Shown: positions 51,740 through 61,385, counted from the first letter of the stretch. The stretch: 64,000 nucleotides of DNA from an uncultured virus (IMG/VR IMGVR_UViG_2841800567_000010) (IMGVR_UViG_2841800567_000010), one strand, 5' to 3'. Notes: generated from the letters alone by a model not told the origin. Made by a program: numbers and translations.

Positions 51740-52347
51740 AGGACAGCCCCCGGGCTGGTGATGAAATGAGAAATATGGAAAAAACGGGTCACCTGGCATG
51801 GTGCGCACTTATCGCCCTGCTGACTGCCAGGGAAGATGGCCTGGTGGCGTCGGAGTCGCAGGAAAACCTGTTTATCACCCGCTGGTTTGCGCAGGTGAAA
51901 AAACAGCGTCGCTTTTCTCGTGACGTGGCCACCGATGTTGACTGGATACTCAACCAGGGCCGTACGCTCGGCGTTCGCGCACGGCTGTGCCATAAGCTGG
52001 ATTATCTCTGGCGTAGCTGCACCGGCGAACTGTCTGAGCAGAACGACCTTTTTCGCCTGACCTACGCGCTGGAGCTGGCGAAGCAGTACGACTGGGGGTA
52101 TCACGTCTTCAGCGACAGTGAGTGGAGCGGTCGAAATAAGATTCTGCCATCGGCATCGGTGAACAGTATCTGTCTGCTGAAAAGCGCGCTGGATATTGGT
52201 TTTAATGATGACGGGACGCAGGTGCTACCTGTGCCAGCAAGAATTGGCGGCCGCGCTGAGGGGCTTAATGCGCTACTGAAAAGCTGTGGCTGGGAGGCCG
52301 TCAGTAACGACGATCACTGGAAACTGGTGACAATCAGCGCTGGTTGA
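51733..52347 (+). CDS. DUF2913 family protein
   Basis: GHLAWCALIAL..QENLFITRW..KQRRFSRDVA..QNDLFRLTYALE; start uncertain. Confidence 0.75.
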   Translation: MLKDSPRAGDEMRNMEKTGHLAWCALIALLTAREDGLVASESQENLFITRWFAQVKKQRRFSRDVATDVDWILNQGRTLGVRARLCHKLDYLWRSCTGELSEQNDLFRLTYALELAKQYDWGYHVFSDSEWSGRNKILPSASVNSICLLKSALDIGFNDDGTQVLPVPARIGGRAEGLNALLKSCGWEAVSNDDHWKLVTISAG

Positions 52348-52386
52348 CCAGTAAAGAACGGGTCGCCAGCAGGCAACCCGGTAGTG

Positions 52387-53352
52387 TCAGTGGGTGATGC
52401 GTTGCAGATCTTCTTCAGTCAGGCCGGTCATGGCCATCACTGTATTGCGGTCGATGCCGCTCTGCAGCATCGTGCGGGCAATTTTCAGGGTCGCTTCGCG
52501 CTCGCCTTCAGAGCGTCCTTTCTCGATGCCGCGCTGTTCGCCGCGTTGTTCACCAAGCTGGATACCTTCTTCACGGGCCTTCTGTTCCAGGCGTTGTGCA
52601 ATAGTCATTAAAATCTCCTCGTGTTGCGGTGACCGGCGGGCCAGTTCCTGCAGGAATGCCTCGGGTCTGGCCGTGTCTCCCGTCTGCAGCATCCAGTTCA
52701 TCAACGTGACCAGCTGCTCATCGGTAGTGTAACCCGCAATCAGCAGGGTGACCAGATGTTCGGTCAGCTCAGCCAGGTCGCGGGTTTGTGCGTGCTTTAG
52801 CATCAGCTCCAGCAGTGCCATCCGGCGGTGCTTCATGATTTCATCGTCATCGATGGCGCCGACATCGATGAGGGGAAAATCACCGGTATACAGTTTTCGT
52901 GCTGTTCCCGGGCTTGCAAACAGCTCCGTCCAGTTCAGCGTGTAGGGCCAGGGGCTGCCGCGTCCGTGGGAAAACAGCAGCGGAATAACCAGCGGCAGCT
53001 GCTCATGACCGGCGTCCAGGTGTTTCTGCATGGCGGCAATGGAGTACCGCATGAGTCTGAACGCCATATGCCTGTCGGGACTGCTCTGGTGCTCAATGAG
53101 CGTATAAATGTATCCCTCACCCTCTGTGGTCTTCAGGGAGTACAGCACGTCGGCAAAATAGGTTCGCAGATTTTCCTCAATAAAGGAGCCTGACTCCAGC
53201 TGCAGGGTGGTCAGGTCGCACAGTTGTAGTAACTCTGCCGGCAGATGCAGGGCCAGAAAATCCCGGGCGGTATCCGTATGGGTCAGGAAGGTTTTAAACA
53301 GCCCGTCATGGGGAACCGGTGACTTCCAGCCCTTTCCTTTTCTGCCTGACAT
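52387..53352 (-). CDS. Rpn/YhgA-like recombination-promoting nuclease
   Basis: PHDGLFKTFL, DVLYSLKT, LIEHQS, MAFRLMRY, repetitive C-tail. Confidence 0.92.
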   Translation of the reverse strand: MSGRKGKGWKSPVPHDGLFKTFLTHTDTARDFLALHLPAELLQLCDLTTLQLESGSFIEENLRTYFADVLYSLKTTEGEGYIYTLIEHQSSPDRHMAFRLMRYSIAAMQKHLDAGHEQLPLVIPLLFSHGRGSPWPYTLNWTELFASPGTARKLYTGDFPLIDVGAIDDDEIMKHRRMALLELMLKHAQTRDLAELTEHLVTLLIAGYTTDEQLVTLMNWMLQTGDTARPEAFLQELARRSPQHEEILMTIAQRLEQKAREEGIQLGEQRGEQRGIEKGRSEGEREATLKIARTMLQSGIDRNTVMAMTGLTEEDLQRITH

Positions 53353-53476
53353 TCCGCGTCTCCGTTGGTTTAAGTGTGCTCATCTGGCAGTATTATACCG
53401 GAGCTGAGGTCCTGGTACCTTCTGTTTCACAGGGGACCGTTCCGGGGTGGTTCGGTCCCCTCCCCTGTTATTCTGG

Positions 53477-54064
53477 TCACCCCGGGCTGACCGCATCGTC
53501 ACGCAGGCGCATGATGGTTTGTCGTGAGGTTCCAAACTGGCGGGCAACGGCGCTGATACTGGCCCCTGCCATCAGCTGCTCAAGCGCGGTCTGTCGCTGT
53601 TCGTTATTCAGCGCCGGTGGCCGACCAAACCGTTTCCCGGCTGCTCTGGCCCTTGCCAGGCCGGAATGCGTGCGCTCAATCAGCAGGTCCTTCTCAAACT
53701 CAGCCACCGCCGAAATGACCTGCATGGTCATCTTTCCGGCCGCGCTGGTGAGGTCCACGCCGCCCAGCGCGAGGCAGTGTACGCGAATACCGGCCTTTGC
53801 CAGCTGCTCCACGGTCTTCCGCACGTCCATTGCGTCGCGGCCCAGGCGATCAAGTTTGGTCACTATCAGCACATCGCCATTTTCCATGCGATCAAGTAAC
53901 CGCGCAAAGCCGGGGCGTTCGCTGGCAGATACTGAACCACTGATTTGTTCTTCAATCAGGCGCTGGGGTTTAACGGTAAAGCCAGCTGCTTCAATTTCCC
54001 TGCGCTGGTTTTCAGTGGTCTGTTCAAGTGTGGATACACGGCAGTAAGCAAAAACTCGTGACAT
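53477..54064 (-). CDS. Serine resolvase
   Basis: [24 protein letters not shown]-terminal HTH. Confidence 0.92.
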   Translation of the reverse strand: MSRVFAYCRVSTLEQTTENQRREIEAAGFTVKPQRLIEEQISGSVSASERPGFARLLDRMENGDVLIVTKLDRLGRDAMDVRKTVEQLAKAGIRVHCLALGGVDLTSAAGKMTMQVISAVAEFEKDLLIERTHSGLARARAAGKRFGRPPALNNEQRQTALEQLMAGASISAVARQFGTSRQTIMRLRDDAVSPG

Positions 54065-54074
54065 GGCGTGATTT

Positions 54075-54260
54075 TCTGTACGAAATGGGTGTACGTATTA
54101 TAACGCATGTACGAAACTAATTTCACTAATTTTTGAACAGGTACTGTAAGCAGTGTACGAAATCGGTCGGTATCGGACAGCCATAACGGTGCCGTCCGAA
54201 ACTAAGCAAAATGACTTTCGGACGCGTCATCCCATTCGTACACCATTTTCGGACAATTAA
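54075..54260. promoter_or_regulatory. Probable res site
   Basis: Repeated TGTACGAAA/GTCCGAAA motifs and their inverses immediately upstream of the resolvase. Confidence 0.6.
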
Positions 54261-54311
54261 GTGTCTCAAAAGAAATGCGGTTAAAATTTAGTTATAACAA
54301 TGAGTTATTAT

Positions 54312-54347
54312 AGATTTCGCATTTTTCAGCTTCGCTCCCACTAGGCC
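54312..54347 (-). repeat. Probable transposon terminal repeat, copy 2
   Basis: Matches 48106-48141; abuts and truncates a DUF2913 gene. Confidence 0.65.
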
Positions 54348-54687
54348 ACGCCCGCACTGAGCGCCACCGCATTCCGGCCGGACCATTCCCGATCGCTCAA
54401 CAGACGGTAGTTCCAGTGCATATCTTTCGCTGTTTCCAGTGCATAGGTCAGCCGGAACAGGTCGTTCTGTTCAGTCAACTCGCCGGTGCAAGAGCGCCAG
54501 AGGTAATTCAGCTTGCTGACCAGCTTCGCGCTGACGCCCAGCTGGCGTCCCTGTTTCAGAAGCCACTCGATATCGGGGGCAACATCACGCGAAAAACGCC
54601 GTTGCTTCAGCGCGGTCGCCAGCCAGCGGGTGAAAAAGAGGTTTTCCTGTGCCGGTGACAGCACATCGCCGTTCTGTCTGGCCAGCG
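54348..54687 (-). pseudogene. DUF2913 internal fragment
   Basis: QENLFFTRWLATALKQRRFSRDVA..QNDLFRLTYALE; cut at both ends by mobile elements. Confidence 0.75.
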
Positions 54688-56140
54688 GAACGTAGCACGC
54701 CTTTGGCGTGAGCGGCCCTGCTGCGCAGCTTCGGGTGTTTGCATGACCGGCGCTCCGCTTTATACTCTGCAACCATGCATATCCCCCGCCCCGCCAAACT
54801 CCTCTTCACCGTCGATGACGGCTGGAACCGCTACCTCGAAAAACACGGCGACAACATCAGCGACTGGACCCGACTCTCCGTTGAGCGCATGCTCGCCTGT
54901 GGCACCTGCGCCATGGGTGTACGCCGCTACTGCTGTGCCTCGCCGGACTGCACGCACTCCCGCTTCTTCTGCCAGAGCTGCAAGTCAAAGGCCTGCAGCG
55001 CATGTGGCATGAAATCAACTGAGCAGTGGATAGCCGGGCAGCAGCACGTCCTGCCCGACTGCGAATGGCAGCACATCACCTTCACCATGCCGCACTTACT
55101 GTGGCCGTTCTTCAGCAACAACTGGCCCCTGCTCAACGACCTGTTCCGCTGCGCCACCCGCGCCATGCTGAAGTGGGCGCGTCGGCAGGGTATAGAAGTC
55201 GGTATCTTCTGCGCCCTGCATACCTACGGCCGGCAGCTGAATCAGCATCCGCACATCCACGTGTCCGTCACCCGCGGTGGACTTGACGTAAAGCACGGCG
55301 TCTGGCGCAGCCTTTTCTTCAAAAAGAAGGCCGTGGAGGAAATCTGGCGGGGTGCCGTTATCCGCCTGCTGCGCAGCAGCTATGAGCGGGTCAGTCCCGG
55401 CACCCTGCCGGGACTGGGACATATCCGCGACGGGGAGCAGTGGCGGCGTTACCTGAAGGCACAGTATGGCCGGCACTGGAAGGTACACTTCGCGAAGAAG
55501 ACCCGGGGAGCCTGGCACAGCGTTAAATACCTCGGACGCTACATGAAACGGCCACCAGTGTCGGCTTCACGACTGCGACACTACGCCGGTGGCGCGGTGG
55601 TTCACCACTATCTCGATCACCGCACGGGAAAGCATAAACGCCAGATGCTGAGCCAGGAAGAGATGATCGGGCGCTATATCAGCCACGTTCCGGCGCGGCA
55701 TTTTAAGATGGTGCGCTACTCCGGCTTTCTGTCCAACCGCAAGCGGGGCACGCTGCTGCCGAAGGTTTACGAAGCGCTGGAGATGACGGTACGGGAAAAA
55801 CCGAAGCGGCCCGGGTTTGCGGTGCTGATGAAAGGCTTCCTGGGCACGGATCCGTACCAGTGCATCCTCTGCAAAGGCCGGCTGCGTTTTGCCGGCGCCG
55901 TGGCGGGTGATCACGCCACAAAAATGCTCTCTGACAGGCTGTATCAGATGGCGAAAAAACGATGGCTGCGGATGCCTGAGCTGGATCGGTGCGCCTGAAA
56001 AACAGGTTTCAGGTTAAAAATACGGCGAAGATGGCATTTTCACATCAAAACCCACACAGATCAGCAGCAGCAATGGAGTAGATCGTGCCACTTTTCATGG
56101 TCAGGCGATCTCAAAAGAGGCGATTCAATCTCCTAACCAT
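54688..56140 (+). mobile_element. IS91-family element E (1453 bp)
   Basis: Both ends present; ori followed by GAAC. Confidence 0.92.
54775..55998 (+). CDS. IS91-family transposase, intact
   Basis: HPHIH, YLGRYMKRP. Confidence 0.92.
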   Translation: MHIPRPAKLLFTVDDGWNRYLEKHGDNISDWTRLSVERMLACGTCAMGVRRYCCASPDCTHSRFFCQSCKSKACSACGMKSTEQWIAGQQHVLPDCEWQHITFTMPHLLWPFFSNNWPLLNDLFRCATRAMLKWARRQGIEVGIFCALHTYGRQLNQHPHIHVSVTRGGLDVKHGVWRSLFFKKKAVEEIWRGAVIRLLRSSYERVSPGTLPGLGHIRDGEQWRRYLKAQYGRHWKVHFAKKTRGAWHSVKYLGRYMKRPPVSASRLRHYAGGAVVHHYLDHRTGKHKRQMLSQEEMIGRYISHVPARHFKMVRYSGFLSNRKRGTLLPKVYEALEMTVREKPKRPGFAVLMKGFLGTDPYQCILCKGRLRFAGAVAGDHATKMLSDRLYQMAKKRWLRMPELDRCA

Positions 56141-56214
56141 GAACCTGAGTCTGGTGCCTCCCTGCCCCACCAGTATTCGCTGATGGCCGGACAGGGAGTG
56201 CCAGGAAAGGGGGA

Positions 56215-57141
56215 TTAGTGGCGGATCTGCGCCAAGTCGTCTTCAGTCAGACCGGTCATTTTCATGACGGTATTGCGGTCAATGCCGTTCTGCAGCATGG
56301 TGCGGGCAACTTCCAGCTTGCCTTCATTACGGCCTTCCTGCCTGCCTAACTGGATTCCCTGCTGCAGGCCCTTCTCGATGCCAATCTGTTCAAGCTGTTG
56401 TGCGATGGTCATCAGTTCATCCTCGTGTTGCGGCAGACGCTGTGCCAGCGCCCGCATAAATTCAGGAGCAGGCGCTTCGCCTGCATTTACCATATAGTTT
56501 ATCAGAACACGCACCTGTTCGGGTGAAATCCATTCCACCATCACCCGTGGCAGTATGTCCAGCAGTTCCATCATGTCCCGCTGGCGGATATGCTTCATCA
56601 GCAGGGTCAGGGCGGCCATCCGGCGGTGGTGCATTATCTCATCATCATCGATGACGGTGACATCAACCAGCGGGAAGCCTTTGGTGTAGACCTTTCCGGC
56701 CTGCTCCGGATTGCTGAAGCAGTCCAGCCAGTTGGTGGAGTACGGGTATGGACTCCGGCTGCCGTGGTAGAACAATACCGGGATGACCAGCGGCAGTTTT
56801 TTATGGCCCGCTTCAAGATGACGCTGCATGGCGGCGACAGCATAGCGGAGTTGGCGAAAGGCCATGTTTTTATCCGCCGAACTCTGGTGCTCCAGAAGCA
56901 GATGGATGTATCCGTCATCGCCGGTGGTGGTTTTCATGCTCCAGAGAATGTCGCTGGCGTACTGACGTAAGTCGTCCTCAACGAAGGTACCGGACTCCAG
57001 CTTCAGCGTATTCAAATCGCACAGTGCCTGTAATTCTGCCGGCAGATGTAATGTCATGAAGTCACGGGCCACATCGGGGTTCGCCAGGAACTGGCGAAAT
57101 GTCGCGTCATGGGGTGTGGGTGTACCGGGTTTCTTCTTCAT
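56215..57141 (-). CDS. Rpn/YhgA-like recombination-promoting nuclease
   Basis: TPTPHDATFRQFL, LLEHQS, MTIAQQLEQ..TGLTEDDLAQIRH. Confidence 0.92.
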   Translation of the reverse strand: MKKKPGTPTPHDATFRQFLANPDVARDFMTLHLPAELQALCDLNTLKLESGTFVEDDLRQYASDILWSMKTTTGDDGYIHLLLEHQSSADKNMAFRQLRYAVAAMQRHLEAGHKKLPLVIPVLFYHGSRSPYPYSTNWLDCFSNPEQAGKVYTKGFPLVDVTVIDDDEIMHHRRMAALTLLMKHIRQRDMMELLDILPRVMVEWISPEQVRVLINYMVNAGEAPAPEFMRALAQRLPQHEDELMTIAQQLEQIGIEKGLQQGIQLGRQEGRNEGKLEVARTMLQNGIDRNTVMKMTGLTEDDLAQIRH

Positions 57142-57277
57142 CGGTCCAGGGCTCTGAAAAATGACACTAAGATGTTATCACAGACCGGAAAAAGCTAATA
57201 TTGGCGTCGTACGGAATAACCGTTCCTTCAGAGGGCAGTTCCAGGTTGTTCAGTACCCTTCTTTACTATGCTGATCT

Positions 57278-57535
57278 TTAAGCGTGACCTGGTTTAAAAA
57301 GATATGCAGCCAATTCAGCAGCAGTTACATCAAATTCAATTTGCTTCATTATGTCGGACAGCGCCTTCTCCGCCGCATCACGGTCAGCTGCTTTTTTCAC
57401 GAGCCAGAGAATAGTCTGCTTAATCTCTGGCGGTAGATTTCCTAAATCGATAAAGATATCACCAGATATTTCATCTGCTGGCTCTTCGAAAAGATAACCG
57501 TAACGCCCGCTGGTCTCTGATTTATTTGTCATCAC
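57278..57535 (-). CDS. Small acidic hypothetical protein
   Basis: 85 aa, overlaps the resolvase stop, GAGG RBS. Confidence 0.5.
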   Translation of the reverse strand: MMTNKSETSGRYGYLFEEPADEISGDIFIDLGNLPPEIKQTILWLVKKAADRDAAEKALSDIMKQIEFDVTAAELAAYLFKPGHA

Positions 57536-58178
57536 TATGTCCTCTATAGTTATCTTGATTTACGTTCTGAGCATTGCAGACCCGGATAACTGTCATCTTT
57601 GATACGCCAGCCAGACGGGCTGTTTCACGCAGTGATTTTCCGTGGGCCAGACGCAGAGTGCGTATCAATTCATGTTTCTGTGCATCGGCTACCCTGCCCC
57701 GATATCTGCACTCCGCTTTTGCTTTGCTTATACCTTCAGCCTGGCGCCGTCGCCGATCCTCGTAGTCTTTTCGGGCAATAGTGGCGAGCATATCCAGCAT
57801 CATGCCATTTACGGCCTTTAGCATGCTTCGGGTAAAGTCATCACTTACTGTGCTGGATAGCGCCAGATGGCTGGTCGGTAGATCAAGACTGACGATGGCC
57901 AGCTGCTTGTCGGTGATTTGCTTTCTGAGTGTCTCCCAGCCTGTATCATCCAGACGGGTAAGCCTGTCGACCTGTTCAATGAGAATGACATCGCCAGGCT
58001 CAGCATCCCCAAGAAGCCTGATCAGTTCAGGACGGTTCATTGTAGTACCGGAGACATTATCGATATACCAGCCAGCAATTCGGTGGCCATGTTGATTTGC
58101 AAATGCCTTCAGAGCATTTTTTGCCCGGCTGGCATCCTGCTCTGAGGTGGATGCCCGGAGGTAACCAAAAACGAACAT
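57522..58178 (-). CDS. Serine resolvase
   Basis: GYLRAST, IEQVDRLTR, YRGR, C-terminal HTH. Confidence 0.9.
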   Translation of the reverse strand: MFVFGYLRASTSEQDASRAKNALKAFANQHGHRIAGWYIDNVSGTTMNRPELIRLLGDAEPGDVILIEQVDRLTRLDDTGWETLRKQITDKQLAIVSLDLPTSHLALSSTVSDDFTRSMLKAVNGMMLDMLATIARKDYEDRRRRQAEGISKAKAECRYRGRVADAQKHELIRTLRLAHGKSLRETARLAGVSKMTVIRVCNAQNVNQDNYRGHSDDK

Positions 58179-58513
58179 TATTTGTCCTTCTGGTAACATT
58201 TAAGTGGTCTTGTGTATTATGGTATCACTTATGTGGTCACAATAACATTCGTCGGTATCTTTACTGGTGGCATATATAGAGTATACCCTAATGTACCATG
58301 CTGACGCGCCCTCCAGGCTTGTCCAACCCCTCGCCTGCTCAGAATCAAGTTCAGAGCTGACTCGCGGTTTCGATTAAACACTGTGGTGGAATAGCCAGGC
58401 ATTGGGACGTTTAGTATCGGAGGTTTCTATGTCAGGACAAGTCCGGTCGCCTTAGCTATTCAATAAATGAAATCATACTATAATTAAATCATGATTTCAT
58501 TTTTCTTATCTTG

Positions 58514-59966
58514 ATGGTTAGGAAATTGAATCGCTTCTTTTTAGATCGCCTGACCATGAAAAGTGGCATGATCCTTTCCTGTGATGCCGGGAGTCTACGT
58601 AGGGTTTGATGTAAAAATGTCATCTTCGACGTATTTTTAAACTGAAACCTGTTTTTCAGGCGCACCGATCCAGCTCAGGCATCCGCAGCCATCGTTTTTT
58701 CGCCATCTGATGCAGCCTGTCAGAGAGCATTTTTGTGGCGTGCTTACCCGCCACGGCGCCGGCAAAACGCAGCCGGCCTTTGCAGAGGATGCACTGGTAC
58801 GGATCCGTGCCCAGGAAGCCCTTCATCAGCACCGCAAACCCGGGCCGCTTCGGTTTTTCCCGTTCCGTCATCGACAGCGCTTCCCAGACTTTCGGCAGCA
58901 GCGTACCCCGCTTGCGGTTGGACAGAAAGCCGGAGTAGCGCACCATCTTAAAATGCCGCGCCGGAACGTGGCTGATATAGCGCCCGATCATCTCTTCCTG
59001 ACTCAGCGTCTGGCGTTTATGCTTCCCCGTGCGGTGATCGAGGTAATGGTGGACCACCGCGCCGCCGGCATAGTGTCGCAGCCGTGAAGCCGATACCGGC
59101 GGGCGCTTCAGGTAGCGTCCCAGGAACTTCACGCTGTGCCAGGCTCCCCGGGTCTTCTTCGCGAAGTGTACCTTCCAGTGCCGGCCATACTGTGCCTTCA
59201 GGTAACGCCGCCACTGGCGCTCATCGCGGATGTGGCCCAGGCCCGGCAGGGTGCCGGGACTGACCCGCTCATAGCTGCCGCGCAGCAGGCGGGTAACGGC
59301 CCCCCGCCAGATTTCTTCAACGACCTTCTTTTTGAAGAAAAGGCTGCGCCAGACGCCGTGCTTTACGTCAAGTCCGCCACGGGTGACGGAAACGTGGATG
59401 TGCGGGTGCTGATTCAGCTGCCGGCCGTAAGTATGCAGGGCACAGAAGATACCGACCTCTATGCCCTGCCGGCGTGCCCACTTCAGCATGGCCCGGGTGG
59501 CGCAGCGGAACAGGTCATTGAGCAGGGGCCAGTTGTTGTTGAAGAACGGCCACAACAGGTGGGGCATGGTAAAGGTGATGTGCTGCCATTCGCAGTCGGG
59601 GAGGACGTGCTGTTGCTCCGCGATCCACTGCTCGGTGGACTTCATGCCGCAGGCGCTGCAGGCCTTTGACTTGCAGCTCTGGCAGAAGAAACGGGAGTGT
59701 GTGCAGTCCGGCGAGGCGCAGCAGTAGCGGCGGACGCCCATGGCGCAGGTGCCACAGGCGAGCATGCGCTCAACGGAGAGACGGGTCCACTGGCTGATGC
59801 TGTCGCCGTGTTTTTCGAGGTAGCGGTTCCAGCCGTCATCGACGGTGAAGAGGAGTTTGGCGGGGCGGGAGATATGCATGGTTGCAGAGTATAAAGCGGA
59901 GCGCCGGTCATGCAAACACCCGAAGCTGCGCAGCAGCGCCGCTCACGCCGCAGGCGTGCTACGTTC
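58514..59966 (-). mobile_element. IS91-family element F (1453 bp)
   Basis: Both ends present; CTTG target at 58510-58513; near-identical to element B. Confidence 0.92.
58656..59879 (-). CDS. IS91-family transposase, full length
   Basis: HPHIH; Y2 motif reads FLGRYLKRP (first Tyr replaced by Phe). Confidence 0.9.
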   Translation of the reverse strand: MHISRPAKLLFTVDDGWNRYLEKHGDSISQWTRLSVERMLACGTCAMGVRRYCCASPDCTHSRFFCQSCKSKACSACGMKSTEQWIAEQQHVLPDCEWQHITFTMPHLLWPFFNNNWPLLNDLFRCATRAMLKWARRQGIEVGIFCALHTYGRQLNQHPHIHVSVTRGGLDVKHGVWRSLFFKKKVVEEIWRGAVTRLLRGSYERVSPGTLPGLGHIRDERQWRRYLKAQYGRHWKVHFAKKTRGAWHSVKFLGRYLKRPPVSASRLRHYAGGAVVHHYLDHRTGKHKRQTLSQEEMIGRYISHVPARHFKMVRYSGFLSNRKRGTLLPKVWEALSMTEREKPKRPGFAVLMKGFLGTDPYQCILCKGRLRFAGAVAGKHATKMLSDRLHQMAKKRWLRMPELDRCA

Positions 59967-59984
59967 TTGTAATTTAAATAATTA

Positions 59985-60100
59985 GTTATTTCATGTTTTA
60001 CTGAAATCATTAAATCATGATTTAATGTTGTTCCTTTACCTCAGCTATGTCATAGTTAGCTTAGTTGTAGAACTTTATAATGAAATCATGATTTAATGAA
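59985..60100. repeat. Centromere/operator-like CATG repeats upstream of parA
   Basis: AAATCATGATTT palindromes at 60012-60023 and 60083-60094, and at 58486-58497 on the far side of element F. Confidence 0.65.
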
Positions 60101-60111
60101 AGGGTGATATC

Positions 60112-60738
60112 ATGGGAAAGGTTATATCGATCGTTGGTCAGAAAGGCGGTGGTTCAAAAAGCACCAAAGCTAGAACGCTTGCTGTTGGATTTTCAGAAGC
60201 TGGATGGAAGACGCACCTGGCTGATATAGACACCAAACAACAAACCTCACTGAAGTGGACAGAACGACGCGAGAAAAGTGGGCTAAGCCCGATTGATTGT
60301 GCTCTTTACCGCCGGGTTGAAACGGCTGTCAGGATGAAAGATAGCTGTCATTTGCTGATCATCGATGGGCGCCCTGCAGCAGAGACAACATCACTGGATG
60401 TCGCAGATGAATCTGACCTCGTCATTATTACCACGGGGACTACTATTGATGATCTGGAACCCTCACTTGAACTGGCTCGTGAATTGATAAAGAAGGGGAT
60501 TGATAAGAGCAAGATTGTCTTTATCGTTTCTAAATCCCCATCTCAATCGCAGGGCGAAAAAGCTCAGGAAACTATCAAGGCGTGGGGTTATAAAGTAATC
60601 AATACAGTCATCCCCTTCAAAACCAGTTACGGCGAAGCTCTGGATACTGGACGGGCATTACATGAAACACCATTCAAATCGTTGAATGAGACTGCAAAAC
60701 AAATGATTGAAGAGATTCATGATATAATTAATTCATGA
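60112..60738 (+). CDS. parA: Type Ib plasmid partition ATPase
   Basis: Deviant Walker A QKGGGSKST, ADIDTKQ, LIIDG; 208 aa with no N-terminal HTH. Confidence 0.88.
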   Translation: MGKVISIVGQKGGGSKSTKARTLAVGFSEAGWKTHLADIDTKQQTSLKWTERREKSGLSPIDCALYRRVETAVRMKDSCHLLIIDGRPAAETTSLDVADESDLVIITTGTTIDDLEPSLELARELIKKGIDKSKIVFIVSKSPSQSQGEKAQETIKAWGYKVINTVIPFKTSYGEALDTGRALHETPFKSLNETAKQMIEEIHDIINS

Positions 60739-60764
60739 TAGCATGATTTAACGATATCATTATC

Positions 60765-61010
60765 TTGAGCATGAGGAAGTTTATGAAAGGCCCTGGTAAA
60801 TCAATTAAAATTGAGCCCCCGAAAGAGGACGAACCGACACTGGATGTTACCGGAAAAGGGGCTGTTCCAGATTCGGCTGTCAAACCTATCCAAATCAAAG
60901 TTCCGGTGTCGAAACATAAAGAAATGAAAGCATATGCAGCAGAGCAGGGGATCTCGATGACCGATATGCTCCTTGCTGGGTATGACATGTACAGAAATAA
61001 AATGAAATAA
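60765..61010 (+). CDS. Ribbon-helix-helix centromere-binding protein (ParG-like)
   Basis: KPIQIKVPVSKHKEMKAYAAEQGISMTDML directly after parA. Confidence 0.75.
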   Translation: MSMRKFMKGPGKSIKIEPPKEDEPTLDVTGKGAVPDSAVKPIQIKVPVSKHKEMKAYAAEQGISMTDMLLAGYDMYRNKMK

Positions 61011-61170
61011 TGAAAGCATGACATCATGAAAACATTATTTCATGATGTCATGCTTTCATGCGATTTTTTAAACCTGTCTCTAGCTCCAGAAACCCTCGGT
61101 TCTGCACTCCATCGATAATGACATATATGTTTGAGCGAACCTGAAAAATACATGACTTCATGAAGTCATG
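61010..61170. repeat. CATG-based palindromes downstream of the par operon
   Basis: Perfect 22-bp arms 61010-61031/61038-61059; perfect 20-bp palindrome 61151-61170. Confidence 0.75.
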
Positions 61171-61385
61171 CTATTTTTTAACAGAGCCTTGCTGAAGGAA
61201 TGTCCGCCCATCTTGACGTATAGGAAATTGAAACCATTTCAGCGCCGGAATGAATTGGTTGAAATTTAATCATTTTTGATTTGTGTGTCCGCGAGGGCGT
61301 CGGCGAGCCACTGACTGGTGATGATTTGCGCTCTTTCTGGTTGTTTTTCAGGCTATCAGAGTGCTCGGGGCGGATCTTCCCTGCG

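Noticed and set aside
54341..54772. 143-aa ORF as intact DUF2913
   Set aside because: Its start derives from the antisense IS91 ter end and its end is cut by a terminal repeat
58460..61170. CATG repeats as a CRISPR array or iterons
   Set aside because: No constant repeat-spacer period, no cas or iteron-type rep gene; the position fits a partition site
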